A stretch of DNA of 64,000 bases from an uncultured delta proteobacterium (GCA_963778655.1 CAVZVA010000003.1:704001-768000); one strand, 5' to 3'. Positions 36,853 through 46,374 are shown, counted from the stretch's first letter. The notes: generated from the letters alone by a model not told the origin. Program-made: numbers and translations.

Positions 36853-37695
36853 TCAGAGGGCGAGCCGGCTTGCCGCGCCCGACGGATACATGAACGCGAG
36901 GAAACGCCTCGGGTACGGAAGCTCGCCCCCATCCGTGACATCGTGGTCGTCCTGACCGCCGAGAAAGATCATAGTCGGGACATCAGCACCACTGGGGAAC
37001 GGCTGCGGTTTGGCCGTGAATAGAAGCACGTGGTCACGAAGCGGGAGCCCCGCAGGCTGGCCGAGAAGGGCCGTATAAGACACCTCCTTCGTGCGTTGAT
37101 GCATCATCAGTGTGCTCGCCCGAATCGGGGCGCGCCCATCGCCAACAGCGTTGTCGAGAATGTCGCGCTTACGTCGCCACTCGGCACTAATTCGAAGGCC
37201 CACGGGTTCGGCTGTGGCGAAATCGACCTGAAGTTTGAGCGTCGACCGATCTGGCTTGGTAAACCGCTTGAACCCGCGAAGCCAGTACACGAACAGGTCA
37301 AAGACGCGCCCGATCGAGCCTTCCAGCTTGAAGGACTGCTTCTCCGGAAGGAGCAGCGGACCGTTTGTCTTCGAGAAGTGGACGGTGCCGGACCGATGAT
37401 GAGCGAACTTGATGTCCGTCAGGACGGTTACACCGTTCTGGCCGAGGTCGTACGTCACAGGTCCAGAACTCGGCGCTGGGTCCTCTAGCACGCTGAGCAC
37501 CCCTTGCTTCGCAGCGAGGTATGGAAACATGACGTAGATACTTCCGTCGCTGCCGAACGTGACGCGGCAGAGTTTGGCTTGTGCACTCGGTGTGTGCGCG
37601 CAAATGACGGAATTCCGCGCGGCGTAGTACTCCAGTCCGTTCTCTTCGACAACGAACTGGCGCTCGCCGGTGATTCTGCCGTGGTGCAGTGTCAT
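36853..37695 (-). CDS. Hypothetical beta-rich protein
   Basis: Long ORF with ordinary globular composition; start uncertain (37695 or 37716). Confidence 0.6.
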   Translation of the reverse strand: MTLHHGRITGERQFVVEENGLEYYAARNSVICAHTPSAQAKLCRVTFGSDGSIYVMFPYLAAKQGVLSVLEDPAPSSGPVTYDLGQNGVTVLTDIKFAHHRSGTVHFSKTNGPLLLPEKQSFKLEGSIGRVFDLFVYWLRGFKRFTKPDRSTLKLQVDFATAEPVGLRISAEWRRKRDILDNAVGDGRAPIRASTLMMHQRTKEVSYTALLGQPAGLPLRDHVLLFTAKPQPFPSGADVPTMIFLGGQDDHDVTDGGELPYPRRFLAFMYPSGAASRLAL

Positions 37696-38059
37696 TCCGC
37701 CTTCATTCCGCCTCATTCCGCCTAACGATGAATATCCCGTCGGGGCCGGTCTGCCTAGTTGGTCGAGGGTGTGCGCAGTAGGGGCACACTACGGGCCAAG
37801 AGTTTCTTGGGATTCGGGGGGATTCGGGGAAGGCCAAGGCGTCCGGGCGGAGGGCTTGGCTCCGCAAGGCCAGGCGCGGCGGATGCGTTGGCGAACGTGC
37901 TCCGGTCGCCCGGCCCTTTGCGGGTTCGAGTTCACCAGACAGGTTGGCCGCGAACGGCAGAGCCCCTGTACACATGCCCGTCGGACTGTGCACAAGCGCC
38001 CTTGCTGCAGCCGGCTAAATGGGTTACGTTTGGGATGCATTCATAAGGGAGCTTCGCTA

Positions 38060-38779
38060 GTGCCTCGAATTCACCGCACCCGACCAGACCGCAAGCGCGT
38101 TGTTGGCTACGTGCGCGTGTCCACGTCGGAGCAGGCCCTCGGGCCCGAAGCCCAGCTCGCTGCCCTGCGGTCGTGGTGCGCGGCGCGGGGCGCCGAACTC
38201 GTGGCCGTGCGAGAAGACCTCGGCGTGTCTGGCGCGGCGCCCCTCGACCGGCGGCCCGGGCTGCTGGCGGCGCTCGACGCCCTGCGCGAGTACAGCGCAG
38301 GGGTGCTGCTGGTGGCCAAGCGCGACAGGCTGGCGCGCGACGTGGTGGTGAGCGCCATGGCCGAGCGGCTGGCCGCGCGCAGGGGCGCCGAGGTGCAGTC
38401 CGCGGACGGGGCGGGCAACGGCAGCGAGCCGGCCGACCAGCTGATGCGGACCATGGTCGACGCGTTCGCCCAGTACGAGCGCGCCCTGATTCGCGCGCGG
38501 ACGTCCGCCGCGCTGCGGGCCAAGCGCGCCCGCGGCGAGCGCACCGGCGGCCATGTGGCGCTTGGGCTCCGAGTCATGCCGGACGGCGTGCGCGTGGAGG
38601 CCGAGCCTGCGGAGGAGGTTGCCCTCAGGCGGATCGCCGAGCTGCGCGCCGACGGCGCGACCGTCCGGGCCATCGCCGAGCGCCTGAACGCCGAGGGAGT
38701 ACCCGCCCGCGGCACGAGGTGGCACGCGACGACGGTCGCCCGCGCTCTGCGCCGTCTCGAGCGGCCGGAGGCGGCGTGA
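38060..38779 (+). CDS. Serine recombinase (resolvase domain + short C-terminal DNA-binding domain)
   Basis: 'VGYVRVSTSEQ', 'GVSG...RPGL', 'AKRDRLAR', 'AQYERALIRART', 'AIAERLNAEG...RW'. Confidence 0.92.
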   Translation: MPRIHRTRPDRKRVVGYVRVSTSEQALGPEAQLAALRSWCAARGAELVAVREDLGVSGAAPLDRRPGLLAALDALREYSAGVLLVAKRDRLARDVVVSAMAERLAARRGAEVQSADGAGNGSEPADQLMRTMVDAFAQYERALIRARTSAALRAKRARGERTGGHVALGLRVMPDGVRVEAEPAEEVALRRIAELRADGATVRAIAERLNAEGVPARGTRWHATTVARALRRLERPEAA

Positions 38780-38991
38780 GCCCACGCAAGCTCAAGGCGC
38801 CGGCCACGGCCCAGACCGCGCTGCGGCTGAGCCAGGCGCTCCTCGACCGTGCTGAAGCGCTGGCCCCGTTGCTGGCAGCTGACCCGGAGCGGGCGGGTAC
38901 CGGCAGTGTCAACCGCTCTGACGTGCTCCGGTTGGCGCTGACCAAAGGCTTGACTGTGCTCGAGCGACAATACCGGCGAGGCCCTGGCTAG
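38776..38991 (+). CDS. Small ribbon-helix-helix-like DNA-binding protein
   Basis: GTG overlaps the recombinase stop; 'QTALRLSQALLDRAEAL...NRSDVLRLALTKGL'. Confidence 0.65.
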   Translation: MSPRKLKAPATAQTALRLSQALLDRAEALAPLLAADPERAGTGSVNRSDVLRLALTKGLTVLERQYRRGPG

Positions 38992-39124
38992 CGCCGGTGC
39001 ATCAGCGGTGTCCGACTATCAAATAGTTCGACAGGTCACAGCAGGGAGAACGCTCGATCGTCTAGCGCCCGTAACGGCACGGTCCAAGTTGGCGAAGCCG
39101 GCCGTCTAGGCCGACAATGCAAGG

Positions 39125-39997
39125 ATGGCGCTTATCCCAACCAATGACGCCGTCGTAACCCGCTGCGCATCGTGGGACGAATTCGTTCGCGAAGTTCGCA
39201 AGGAGCCCAACCTGCTGCTGCCGGACGGATCGCTGCACGCATCCGCGTGCACTCTGTTCCGGGGTCACTTCGATCCAGGATGGCCCCTGTGTTCGAAACT
39301 CGAGCGCAACCTCTTGTTGCCGAGCATCGAGTACGACGACGGCGAGCCCCCGCCAGGCCCAGGTGATCTAGAAAACTGGTATCACACTCAGGCGCTCGAG
39401 GTCCTCGCCAGATTCCGACGCTCGGTCTCGTCTCTAGATCATTCGCTTGGCAGGCTGGAGGTCAACGAACTCTGGGCTCTCGGCCGACACCATGGGCTCC
39501 TGACACCGCTGCTTGACTGGTCAGAAAGTCCGTACGTTGCCGCGTACTTCGCGTTCGAGCCTCTCTATCGCAAGCAGGAGCTGCACGTTGGGGAAGTCAC
39601 CTCTGGCGGCTCAGGCGATGTCCGGGTGTGGGTCCTTCGCATGTACGAAGACATCACGATCGGCGGGGAATTTGAAGTCGTACGTGGCGTCCCGCCAGGT
39701 GCTCGTCGGCAGAACGCCCAACGAGGCGTCTTCACCAAGGTCCTTTCCGCAAAGCATCGCACCCTCGAGAATTATCTGAAGGCCCGCGAACGCGCGCACT
39801 TCCTGCAGGCCATCGACATTCCCAAGAACGAGTTCGCGACCGCTTGCGCTGACCTGACCTTGATGAATATCACCCCGTTCACGCTCTTTCCCGATCTTGA
39901 TGGCGCAGCCATTCATGCGAACATCATCCTCAGCACGATGCGAATCATGAGAACCATCTTCGACGGCTTGGATGACGTGGAATCTACGGCTAGATAG
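39125..39997 (+). CDS. FRG domain protein
   Basis: 'LFRGH', 'RHHGLLTPLLDWSESPYVAAYFA', 'RQNAQRGVFT', 'NITPFTLFPDLDG'. Confidence 0.92.
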   Translation: MALIPTNDAVVTRCASWDEFVREVRKEPNLLLPDGSLHASACTLFRGHFDPGWPLCSKLERNLLLPSIEYDDGEPPPGPGDLENWYHTQALEVLARFRRSVSSLDHSLGRLEVNELWALGRHHGLLTPLLDWSESPYVAAYFAFEPLYRKQELHVGEVTSGGSGDVRVWVLRMYEDITIGGEFEVVRGVPPGARRQNAQRGVFTKVLSAKHRTLENYLKARERAHFLQAIDIPKNEFATACADLTLMNITPFTLFPDLDGAAIHANIILSTMRIMRTIFDGLDDVESTAR

Positions 39998-40074
39998 CCG
40001 GCGAGGGCGCTGACGTAGGGCCCGACGATGGGTGAGACGTGGACGGGATTCTCGGTCGGCGCAGAGGTCATTCC

Positions 40075-40893
40075 GTGATTGTGGGATCCCAGCCACGAGT
40101 GCCGCCGCCCCGCCCTGTCGACGCAGAGCTTGTCGACCGACGCATGACAAGCGGGCGCAACGCGCCGCTGCTGCTGCACGTGCGTGACGAAACCGACCGA
40201 CCGGAGCAGTGCATAGTGAAGTCGAGGTCGCGTCTCGCCACGCCGCCACTGGAGTACTTATTGGAGTGGCTCGGGGCGGCGTTAGCACGAGCCCTGGGGC
40301 TGACCACTCCGGAGCCGCTTGCGGTTAGCATCTCCGACGACTTCGCCCAGAGCGTCGACCCATCGCTGCGCGAGGAGCTGGTGTCGTCGATCGGACTCGT
40401 GTACGGCTCGCGCTTCGTCAGAGGCGTCACGCAGGTCGCGCAGGATTATCCTTTCACGGCCTCTCAGCGCGAGATCGCGGCGAGCATCCTCGCCTTCGAC
40501 GTGTTCATCCACAACCGCGATCGCCGTGCATCCAACAAGAACTTGTTCATCGACCGGAACGATCTGGTGGTGTTCGACCACGAGCTGGCGTTTGACTTCG
40601 TGCACGCGCTCATCGGGGCGCCGGACCCCGTGCTGGACCATTGCCCGGATCTCGTGGCCGGACACGCGCTCTACGCGCCGCTGCGAGGCAAGGCGCCGAA
40701 GCAGGACGGGTTCCGGGCGAGGCTGGAAAGCCTGGATCAGGCGTTCTTCGAGGCCCTCATGGAAGCAACGCCAAGCGAGTGGACCTGCGATCACGCTCGC
40801 GGCAAACTCGACAGGATCGTGGAAGTGCTCCAGAGACGGCGCGAGGCCGTCGATAGGTGGCTCCCAAAGGTGTTCGCATGCCTGGACCGGTAA
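40075..40893 (+). CDS. HipA-like kinase
   Basis: 'SGRNAP...CIVK', 'EWLGAALARALGL..PE', 'FDVFIHNRDRR...NL...FDHELAF'. Confidence 0.85.
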   Translation: MIVGSQPRVPPPRPVDAELVDRRMTSGRNAPLLLHVRDETDRPEQCIVKSRSRLATPPLEYLLEWLGAALARALGLTTPEPLAVSISDDFAQSVDPSLREELVSSIGLVYGSRFVRGVTQVAQDYPFTASQREIAASILAFDVFIHNRDRRASNKNLFIDRNDLVVFDHELAFDFVHALIGAPDPVLDHCPDLVAGHALYAPLRGKAPKQDGFRARLESLDQAFFEALMEATPSEWTCDHARGKLDRIVEVLQRRREAVDRWLPKVFACLDR

Positions 40894-41750
40894 AGCATCC
40901 CTGCCAAGCAGTGGTAGTGCGCTACTCGCCCGACCCGGCGTCCGGCGAGCTGCTCAATATCGGGGTCGTGGTGCTCTCGCCTGGGCACCGCTTCATGGGC
41001 GCGCGCTTCCTCGATTCCTGGGCGCGAGTCGCGCAGGCGTTCCCCGAGGCGGATAAAGTCCACCTGCGTCGGATTGCGTCGGCGCTCGAACGCTCTTGCG
41101 AGCGGTACTTCACAGGCAACCAACTGCCGCTGCAAGAACCGAGCAGCGCCATCGACGTGGCATTCGACGCCGCGCTGCCGCGGGAGGACGCTGCGATCGT
41201 GCGTTCGGCGCCGCTGACCGGCATCACATCGAATCCCGAGCGCACGCTGACCGAGCTATTTGAGCGCTACGTCGCTGCGCGCGATCCGGTAGAGCGCCGC
41301 ATCACGCGCGATGACGATGCCGTTTGGCGAGGTGTGAGCGCGCTGCTCAAGGCAAAGGACGTGCTCGGGCGGCTAGAGCCGCGCACAGTCGAAGGCCCGC
41401 ATCACTTCAAAGTGCACTTCGAGCACGCTTGGCAAAATGGGCGCTGGAACGTGACCAGAGCCCTGTCCTTCGACTTGCTCGATCCGGACGGTATCGCCAT
41501 CAAGGCGGCGAGTTGGAGCGGCCGCATTCTGGCCCTCGACGCCGATCGTGAGGTGGGCTTCCACCTGGTGGTCGGCATGCCCTCGGCCGAAGCGCCAGCC
41601 GACGTCCGAACCGCGGCAGCGGATGCGATCGCCATCCTCAAGGACCAGCTCGAAGCCGGCGAGCGTGCCGAGATCATCCCCGAAGGCGAAGCGGCCTCGT
41701 TCGCCGAGCGCGTGGCACGCGAGATCCTGGACCACGAAGCGGCCGAGTAG
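40878..41750 (+). CDS. DUF3037 domain protein
   Basis: 'VVRYSPDPASGELLNIGVVV', 'LTELFERYV', 'AWQNGRW'; overlaps the kinase gene. Confidence 0.85.
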   Translation: MPGPVKHPCQAVVVRYSPDPASGELLNIGVVVLSPGHRFMGARFLDSWARVAQAFPEADKVHLRRIASALERSCERYFTGNQLPLQEPSSAIDVAFDAALPREDAAIVRSAPLTGITSNPERTLTELFERYVAARDPVERRITRDDDAVWRGVSALLKAKDVLGRLEPRTVEGPHHFKVHFEHAWQNGRWNVTRALSFDLLDPDGIAIKAASWSGRILALDADREVGFHLVVGMPSAEAPADVRTAAADAIAILKDQLEAGERAEIIPEGEAASFAERVAREILDHEAAE

Positions 41751-41837
41751 CCGGGGCTGCTTGCGCGGGCCGGCATCGAGCCAAGCCGGGCGCCCCGATC
41801 GACCGGCGATGGGTGCTCACGACCGGCACGCGCAGGC

Positions 41838-42068
41838 TCAGGGTCGGCTATCGGGGGGCCGCAGCAGCTCCCAGGGCTCGACCTCAAGCACAGGGGCGAT
41901 CTTTGCGAGCCAGTCCGTGGTGGCGTCCTTCGTGCCACCGAGGACATCGAAAAGCTGGGCGCGGCTGACGTCGGCGAAGTCCGCCAGCGCGTTGAGCGTG
42001 ATGCCGCGCTCCTCGGCGAAGCGCCGGATGTTCGACGCCACGATGCTGCGGAGATCGAGCGCAGCCAC
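41838..42068 (-). CDS. XRE family HTH regulator (controller-protein-like)
   Basis: 'VASNIRRFAEERGITLNALADFADVSRAQL...WLAKIAPVLEVEPWELL'. Confidence 0.85.
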   Translation of the reverse strand: MAALDLRSIVASNIRRFAEERGITLNALADFADVSRAQLFDVLGGTKDATTDWLAKIAPVLEVEPWELLRPPDSRP

Positions 42069-42100
42069 CTGCCCAGGCTAGGGGGGCCGTCGCGTTGTGG

Positions 42101-42118
42101 AGTCCGCTATAGCGGACT
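42101..42118. promoter_or_regulatory. Perfect 18-bp palindrome AGTCCGCTATAGCGGACT, probable XRE operator
   Basis: Lies in the 64-bp gap between the divergent XRE and TPR genes. Confidence 0.65.
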
Positions 42119-42132
42119 ATCATCTCGGCGCC

Positions 42133-42810
42133 ATGAGCGCGGCGCTGCGCGGGACTTTACGAAGCGCGATGGCGCTGGCTTGGCTCCTGGCCGGCACTGC
42201 CGTCGCCCAGCCTCGCGCAGGTGAGACGGCCAACGACGACGTGGCGCGGGGGCTGTTCGAGGCGGGCACGGCGGCCTACAAGGCGGGCAACTACGGGGAG
42301 GCCCTGCAGCTCTACGAGCAGGCCTACGCGAGAAGTCCACGACCCGCCCTGCTGTACAACATCGGGCAGGTTGCGGATCGCCTGCGTGACGACCGCAAAG
42401 CGCTTGCCTCGTTCGAGGCGTATCTCGATCAGCTGCCCAATGCGCCGAACCGCGCGGAGGTGGAGCACCGGATTGACGCGCTGAAAGAGGCGCGCAAAGC
42501 GCTCGGGGCGCCGGCGACGACGCCACCGAGTCCCGTGGGCCCGACCTCGAGGGCGCCCACGCCGGCTCAGGCAGCCGCACAAGGCGGCGCAAAGCGGCCG
42601 CCGGAGGCAGCCGCAGTGGTGCCAGCTGGCGTCGACACCCGTGGGGCCGCCGGCGGCTCGGGAGCGGTCACGAGCCAATGGTGGTTCTGGACGGGCGTCG
42701 GCGCGGTCCTCCTGGCTGGAGCTGCTGTTGGCCTCGCCGTCGCGCTAGCCAGCGGCCCTGGGCCGGCGGCTCCGTACCAGGGCAACGGCGGCTCTCTGCG
42801 AGGCCCCTAG
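42133..42810 (+). CDS. Secreted TPR protein with C-terminal TM anchor
   Basis: Signal peptide; 'ARGLFEAGTAAYKAGNYGEALQLYEQAY...LLYNIG'; 'QWWFWTGVGAV'. Confidence 0.8.
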   Translation: MSAALRGTLRSAMALAWLLAGTAVAQPRAGETANDDVARGLFEAGTAAYKAGNYGEALQLYEQAYARSPRPALLYNIGQVADRLRDDRKALASFEAYLDQLPNAPNRAEVEHRIDALKEARKALGAPATTPPSPVGPTSRAPTPAQAAAQGGAKRPPEAAAVVPAGVDTRGAAGGSGAVTSQWWFWTGVGAVLLAGAAVGLAVALASGPGPAAPYQGNGGSLRGP

Positions 42811-42828
42811 CGGCGAGCGAGGTGAGGG

Positions 42829-44655
42829 ATGCACTTGGCAACGATGCGAGCACCGTGGGCCGCGCTGACGCTCTGCGCGGCCTTGTCGAGTTGCACTTCG
42901 CGCCCGTCGCCGGTCACGCAGGTGCTGGTGGCGGTCACCAGCGACTTCACGCCGCAGTCGGAGCTGTCGCGGATCGAGATCAGAGTGAGCCGGCGTGACG
43001 GCTCCGACGTGACCGCGATGCGCGAGTTCTCGATCGTCGCGACCACCCCAAAGCCGGGCCAGAAAGAGCTGCCGCTGACGTTCTCAGTCACCAAGGGCAG
43101 CAACGATTCTTTCCTGCTCGTGGTCACGGGCTACGGCCCGCTGGGCCCCAACGGCACCGATGCGAAGGTCGTCGAGCAACGCGCCATTGCGACGTTCGAA
43201 CGCGGCAAAAGCTTGCTGCTGCAGATCTTCCTCGGTCGGGTCTGCATGAACGAGTTCTGCGACGACCCGGACACCCAGGTTTGCTATCCGGCGGACATGG
43301 GCGCCGTGAGGGCCGGTGAGTGCGGTCGGATCCTCGCCCTGGACAGCAGCACCCTCAAGGCGCTCGACGTCCGGAAGCTTCCCGACCTCGCCCAGCTGCC
43401 GAAGGGAGTGAAGCACGTGGACGGGGGCACTGCTGACGCCGCGAGCGACGCCGAGGCCGCAGATGCAGGGACCCGCGGGACCGGCGGCGCCACGGGGGAT
43501 GCGGGAAGCGGCGGTCAAGGTGGCGTTGGCGGCGCAATGACTCCCGATCCGTGCGCCACGGCCCACGGCGGCTGCGATCCGCTCGTGACCTGCTCGCCAA
43601 AGGGCAGCATTGCGTCCTGCGGCGCGTGCCCGAGCGGCTACAAGGACACGAACGGCGACGGGACCGCCTGCAAGGACATCGACGAGTGCGCGACCAGCAA
43701 CGGTGGCTGCGGCAGCGCGACGTCCTACACGTGCAAGAACAACATCGGAGCGGCACCAACTTGCACCCTCATCGGTAGCTGCTCCGCCACCAACGTGTGC
43801 ACAGCGGACTACCCGTGCCAGATTCTAGGCGCGTCGTACACGTGCCGTGGGCAATTCGCAGACTGGCCGCCGAGCGATGTCCCCCCGGCCTTCACGGACA
43901 ACGGCGATGGCACCGTCACGGACTCGCGCGGCGGACTCACGTGGCAGCAGACTGTGGATCCGATCGGGTATGCCTGGCTCGATGCGAAGAACCACTGCGC
44001 GGGTCTGTCGCTTGCAGGCTCGGGATGGCGGCTACCCACGAAGGCGGAGCTGGAGTCCTTGGTCAACGTGAGTAGATACAGCCCGGCGATGGACACCGTC
44101 GCGTTTCCGAGCGCACTAGCCGAGCAGACGTGGTCGTCCTCGCCAGCGCTCAACGCCGCGGGCGACGCGTGGATCGTCGTATTCGGCGACGGCGACTCCA
44201 CCGTCAGCGGTCCGCTTGAAGGTCGGAGTGTGCGGTGCGTGCGAAGCAGCGCTCCGGTGTTCGCATCGAGTGGTAGCGGCGGAGCGCCGCCTGGGCGCTA
44301 CACCGACAACCTCGACGGGACCGTGTCCGATATGCGCACGAAGCTCACGTGGCAGCAGGCCGTGGACCCGAACTCGTACACCCAGGCCAACGCGAGCAGC
44401 TACTGCGCCGCCCTGACGCTGGCGAGTGGTGGCTGGCGGTTGCCCAAGTACTCCGAGCTGCTCACGCTGGTCGATCCGACCAGCAACGCGCCCGCCATTG
44501 ACGGGACCGCATTCCCGAACACGCCGCCCGAGATCTTTTGGACGTCGTCGGCTTACGCAGCATCGACCGGCGTCGCCTGGTACGTGAACTTTCAAGACGG
44601 CCAGACGACCGACGACGCCAGCAGCGCCATGCACCGCGTCCGCTGCGTGCGTTGA
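42829..44655 (+). CDS. Lipoprotein with EGF-like repeats and two tandem DUF1566 (Lcl-C, C-lectin fold) domains
   Basis: Lipobox LSSC; 'CKDIDECATSNGGC'; twice 'DNxDGTVxD...LTWQQ...WRLP..EL..LV...WSSS/WTSS...VRCVR'. Confidence 0.85.
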   Translation: MHLATMRAPWAALTLCAALSSCTSRPSPVTQVLVAVTSDFTPQSELSRIEIRVSRRDGSDVTAMREFSIVATTPKPGQKELPLTFSVTKGSNDSFLLVVTGYGPLGPNGTDAKVVEQRAIATFERGKSLLLQIFLGRVCMNEFCDDPDTQVCYPADMGAVRAGECGRILALDSSTLKALDVRKLPDLAQLPKGVKHVDGGTADAASDAEAADAGTRGTGGATGDAGSGGQGGVGGAMTPDPCATAHGGCDPLVTCSPKGSIASCGACPSGYKDTNGDGTACKDIDECATSNGGCGSATSYTCKNNIGAAPTCTLIGSCSATNVCTADYPCQILGASYTCRGQFADWPPSDVPPAFTDNGDGTVTDSRGGLTWQQTVDPIGYAWLDAKNHCAGLSLAGSGWRLPTKAELESLVNVSRYSPAMDTVAFPSALAEQTWSSSPALNAAGDAWIVVFGDGDSTVSGPLEGRSVRCVRSSAPVFASSGSGGAPPGRYTDNLDGTVSDMRTKLTWQQAVDPNSYTQANASSYCAALTLASGGWRLPKYSELLTLVDPTSNAPAIDGTAFPNTPPEIFWTSSAYAASTGVAWYVNFQDGQTTDDASSAMHRVRCVR

Positions 44656-44920
44656 CCCCATGGCGCCCGTGCGGCTGGCTCGCGAGCGCAATGAACGCCC
44701 CCGCGAGAGCCGGCCCCATGCGCGAGCCTAACTCTGCCGTCACCTGGCGGGCAGGCCCTTATCAAGCCTTGGAGGAGGCCCATCGAGGGACGCAACCCAC
44801 GGAGATATCAGCGCTATTCTGGCAGGCTCCCAGAGGCCCGGAATAGATATCGTGTAAGACCCTCGCGTGCACCGCACGCTGACCAGGATCGACCCGGGGA
44901 CCTCGCGCGCCTCTGATGAC

Positions 44921-45262
44921 GTGGAGGGCAGGCCGGCCCTGCGGTGGCTGACGAAAGCCGAAGCGGCAGCCCATATCCGGTGCTCGGTTCGAACATTCGA
45001 GCGGCACCTGCTCCCGCACTTGCCCCGCGTCCCAATTGGAAGCCGAGTGCTGTTCGCGTTGGAGGACATCAACACATGGCTCGAAGCCCAGAAGGTTGGG
45101 CCCTCGTCAGGAGCGGCCGGCCACAGAACAAGACTTGGTTCGTCCGTTTCACCCACGGCGGATATCGGATCAAGCGATCCACGGGTGAGACGGAGGTTGG
45201 CCGAGCTAAGGAAGCCGCCGCGCGTATCTACGCGGCCTTTGTCTCGGGTCGCGAGGAAGTAG
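44921..45262 (+). CDS. Excisionase-like HTH protein (start uncertain: 44867 or 44921)
   Basis: 'WLTKAEAAAHIRCSVRTFER...PRVPIGSRVLFALEDINTWLE'; lies immediately upstream of and overlaps int. Confidence 0.75.
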   Translation: MEGRPALRWLTKAEAAAHIRCSVRTFERHLLPHLPRVPIGSRVLFALEDINTWLEAQKVGPSSGAAGHRTRLGSSVSPTADIGSSDPRVRRRLAELRKPPRVSTRPLSRVARK

Positions 45263-46182
45263 CCGGGCCTCGGCCAAAAGCCTCTGCCGAACCGCTCGAC
45301 GTTCTGCTCGCGCACTGGCTGACCGACCTCGAGTCGTCGCTCGATGAGACGACCGTGGACCAGTACGCGATGTACGCGCGCCGGTTTATCCCTTTCTTTC
45401 GCAGGCTCGAGCGCATCACCAAAAGCACCGCGGCTGACTATTCGCGAGCGCGGCTCCGCGAGGTGCGACGGAAGACCCTGCTCAAGGAGCTGTCGGCGTT
45501 GCGCGGCTTTCTGGCATGGTGCGTGGAAAAGAATCTCCTACCAGAAGGGCCACTGATCGAGTCGCCAAGCCGCAAGTCCGTTGGCCAGCCGGATCCGAAG
45601 GGTCGATTCAAGCGCGGGCACGTAGACCTCTGCGAAGCGGAGGTGGAGGCCATCCTGGCCGCGCTGCCGCGGCAGTCACGCCGGGGCCTCGTGGCACGGG
45701 CCTTCTTCCGAGTGCTCTGGGAGACAGGCCTGCGCCCCGGCACAGTCGCAGCGCTGCGCGCGCCGGACGACTATCGAAAGGGCAGCTCGGTCTTGGTGGT
45801 CCGCGATGAGGCCGACAAGAACCGGTTCGGTCGCCAGTTGCCACTGACCGACAAAGCGCGCGAGGCGCTCGATCAGGTCTGCCCGGATATCGGCCTGCTC
45901 TTCGGCGCCCACCGCCTGCGAGAGACGCTCCGAGCTGCTGCGCACCGCGCACAGCTTCCCGACGGCAAGGCAGAGCGCATCACGAGCTACGACTTCCGGC
46001 ACGCGCGGCTGACGTTCATGGCCAGTGCAACGCCCGACCTGGTTGGGATCGCGTATCTCGCCGGGCACCGGCGGGTCAGCACCACCGCGCTCTACGTCCA
46101 TGGAAACGAGAAGGCGGCAGCCGAGGTGCTGGCGAGCCTCAGCGCTCCGAGCCTGCCTCGAGGCCGTTCGGAGACCCCATGA
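45076..46182 (+). CDS. int: Tyrosine recombinase/integrase
   Basis: RBS GGAGG; arm-binding-like N-terminus 'WFVRF...KRSTGET'; catalytic 'TGLRPG', 'DKN', 'YDFRH', 'AGH...TTALY'. Confidence 0.92.
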   Translation: MARSPEGWALVRSGRPQNKTWFVRFTHGGYRIKRSTGETEVGRAKEAAARIYAAFVSGREEVAGPRPKASAEPLDVLLAHWLTDLESSLDETTVDQYAMYARRFIPFFRRLERITKSTAADYSRARLREVRRKTLLKELSALRGFLAWCVEKNLLPEGPLIESPSRKSVGQPDPKGRFKRGHVDLCEAEVEAILAALPRQSRRGLVARAFFRVLWETGLRPGTVAALRAPDDYRKGSSVLVVRDEADKNRFGRQLPLTDKAREALDQVCPDIGLLFGAHRLRETLRAAAHRAQLPDGKAERITSYDFRHARLTFMASATPDLVGIAYLAGHRRVSTTALYVHGNEKAAAEVLASLSAPSLPRGRSETP

Positions 46183-46252
46183 GCACGCGCCGAAAACCTG
46201 GCACACACGAGCCCGGTCCAACGCCACGAGGAAGGGGTGCGCGCACCGCGCG

Positions 46253-46374
46253 ATCGTGATCGCCGAGATCGCGGCATCGTGATCGCTGAGATCGCGGCAT
46301 GGTGATCGCCGAGATCGGCATCGTGATCGCCGAGATCGGGGTCGTGATCGGCCAGATCGGGGCATCGTGATCAC
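46253..46374 (+). repeat. IS21 subterminal transposase-binding repeats (six ~20-22-bp copies of ATCGTGATCGCCGAGATC...)
   Basis: Seen directly; inverted copies occur at ~48821-48875. Confidence 0.85.

Noticed and set aside
43890..44655. Diversity-generating retroelement targeting the DUF1566 domains
   Set aside because: No reverse transcriptase in the window and no template repeat differing only at adenines; the two domains are ordinarily diverged.
44800..44855. Nick site/oriT for the Rep_trans-like protein
   Set aside because: Only an imperfect inverted repeat; no recognisable MOBT-type nic sequence was found here or elsewhere in the island.
46253..46374. CRISPR-like array
   Set aside because: Repeats are contiguous with no unique spacers, no cas genes are present, and they are IS21 terminal repeats.
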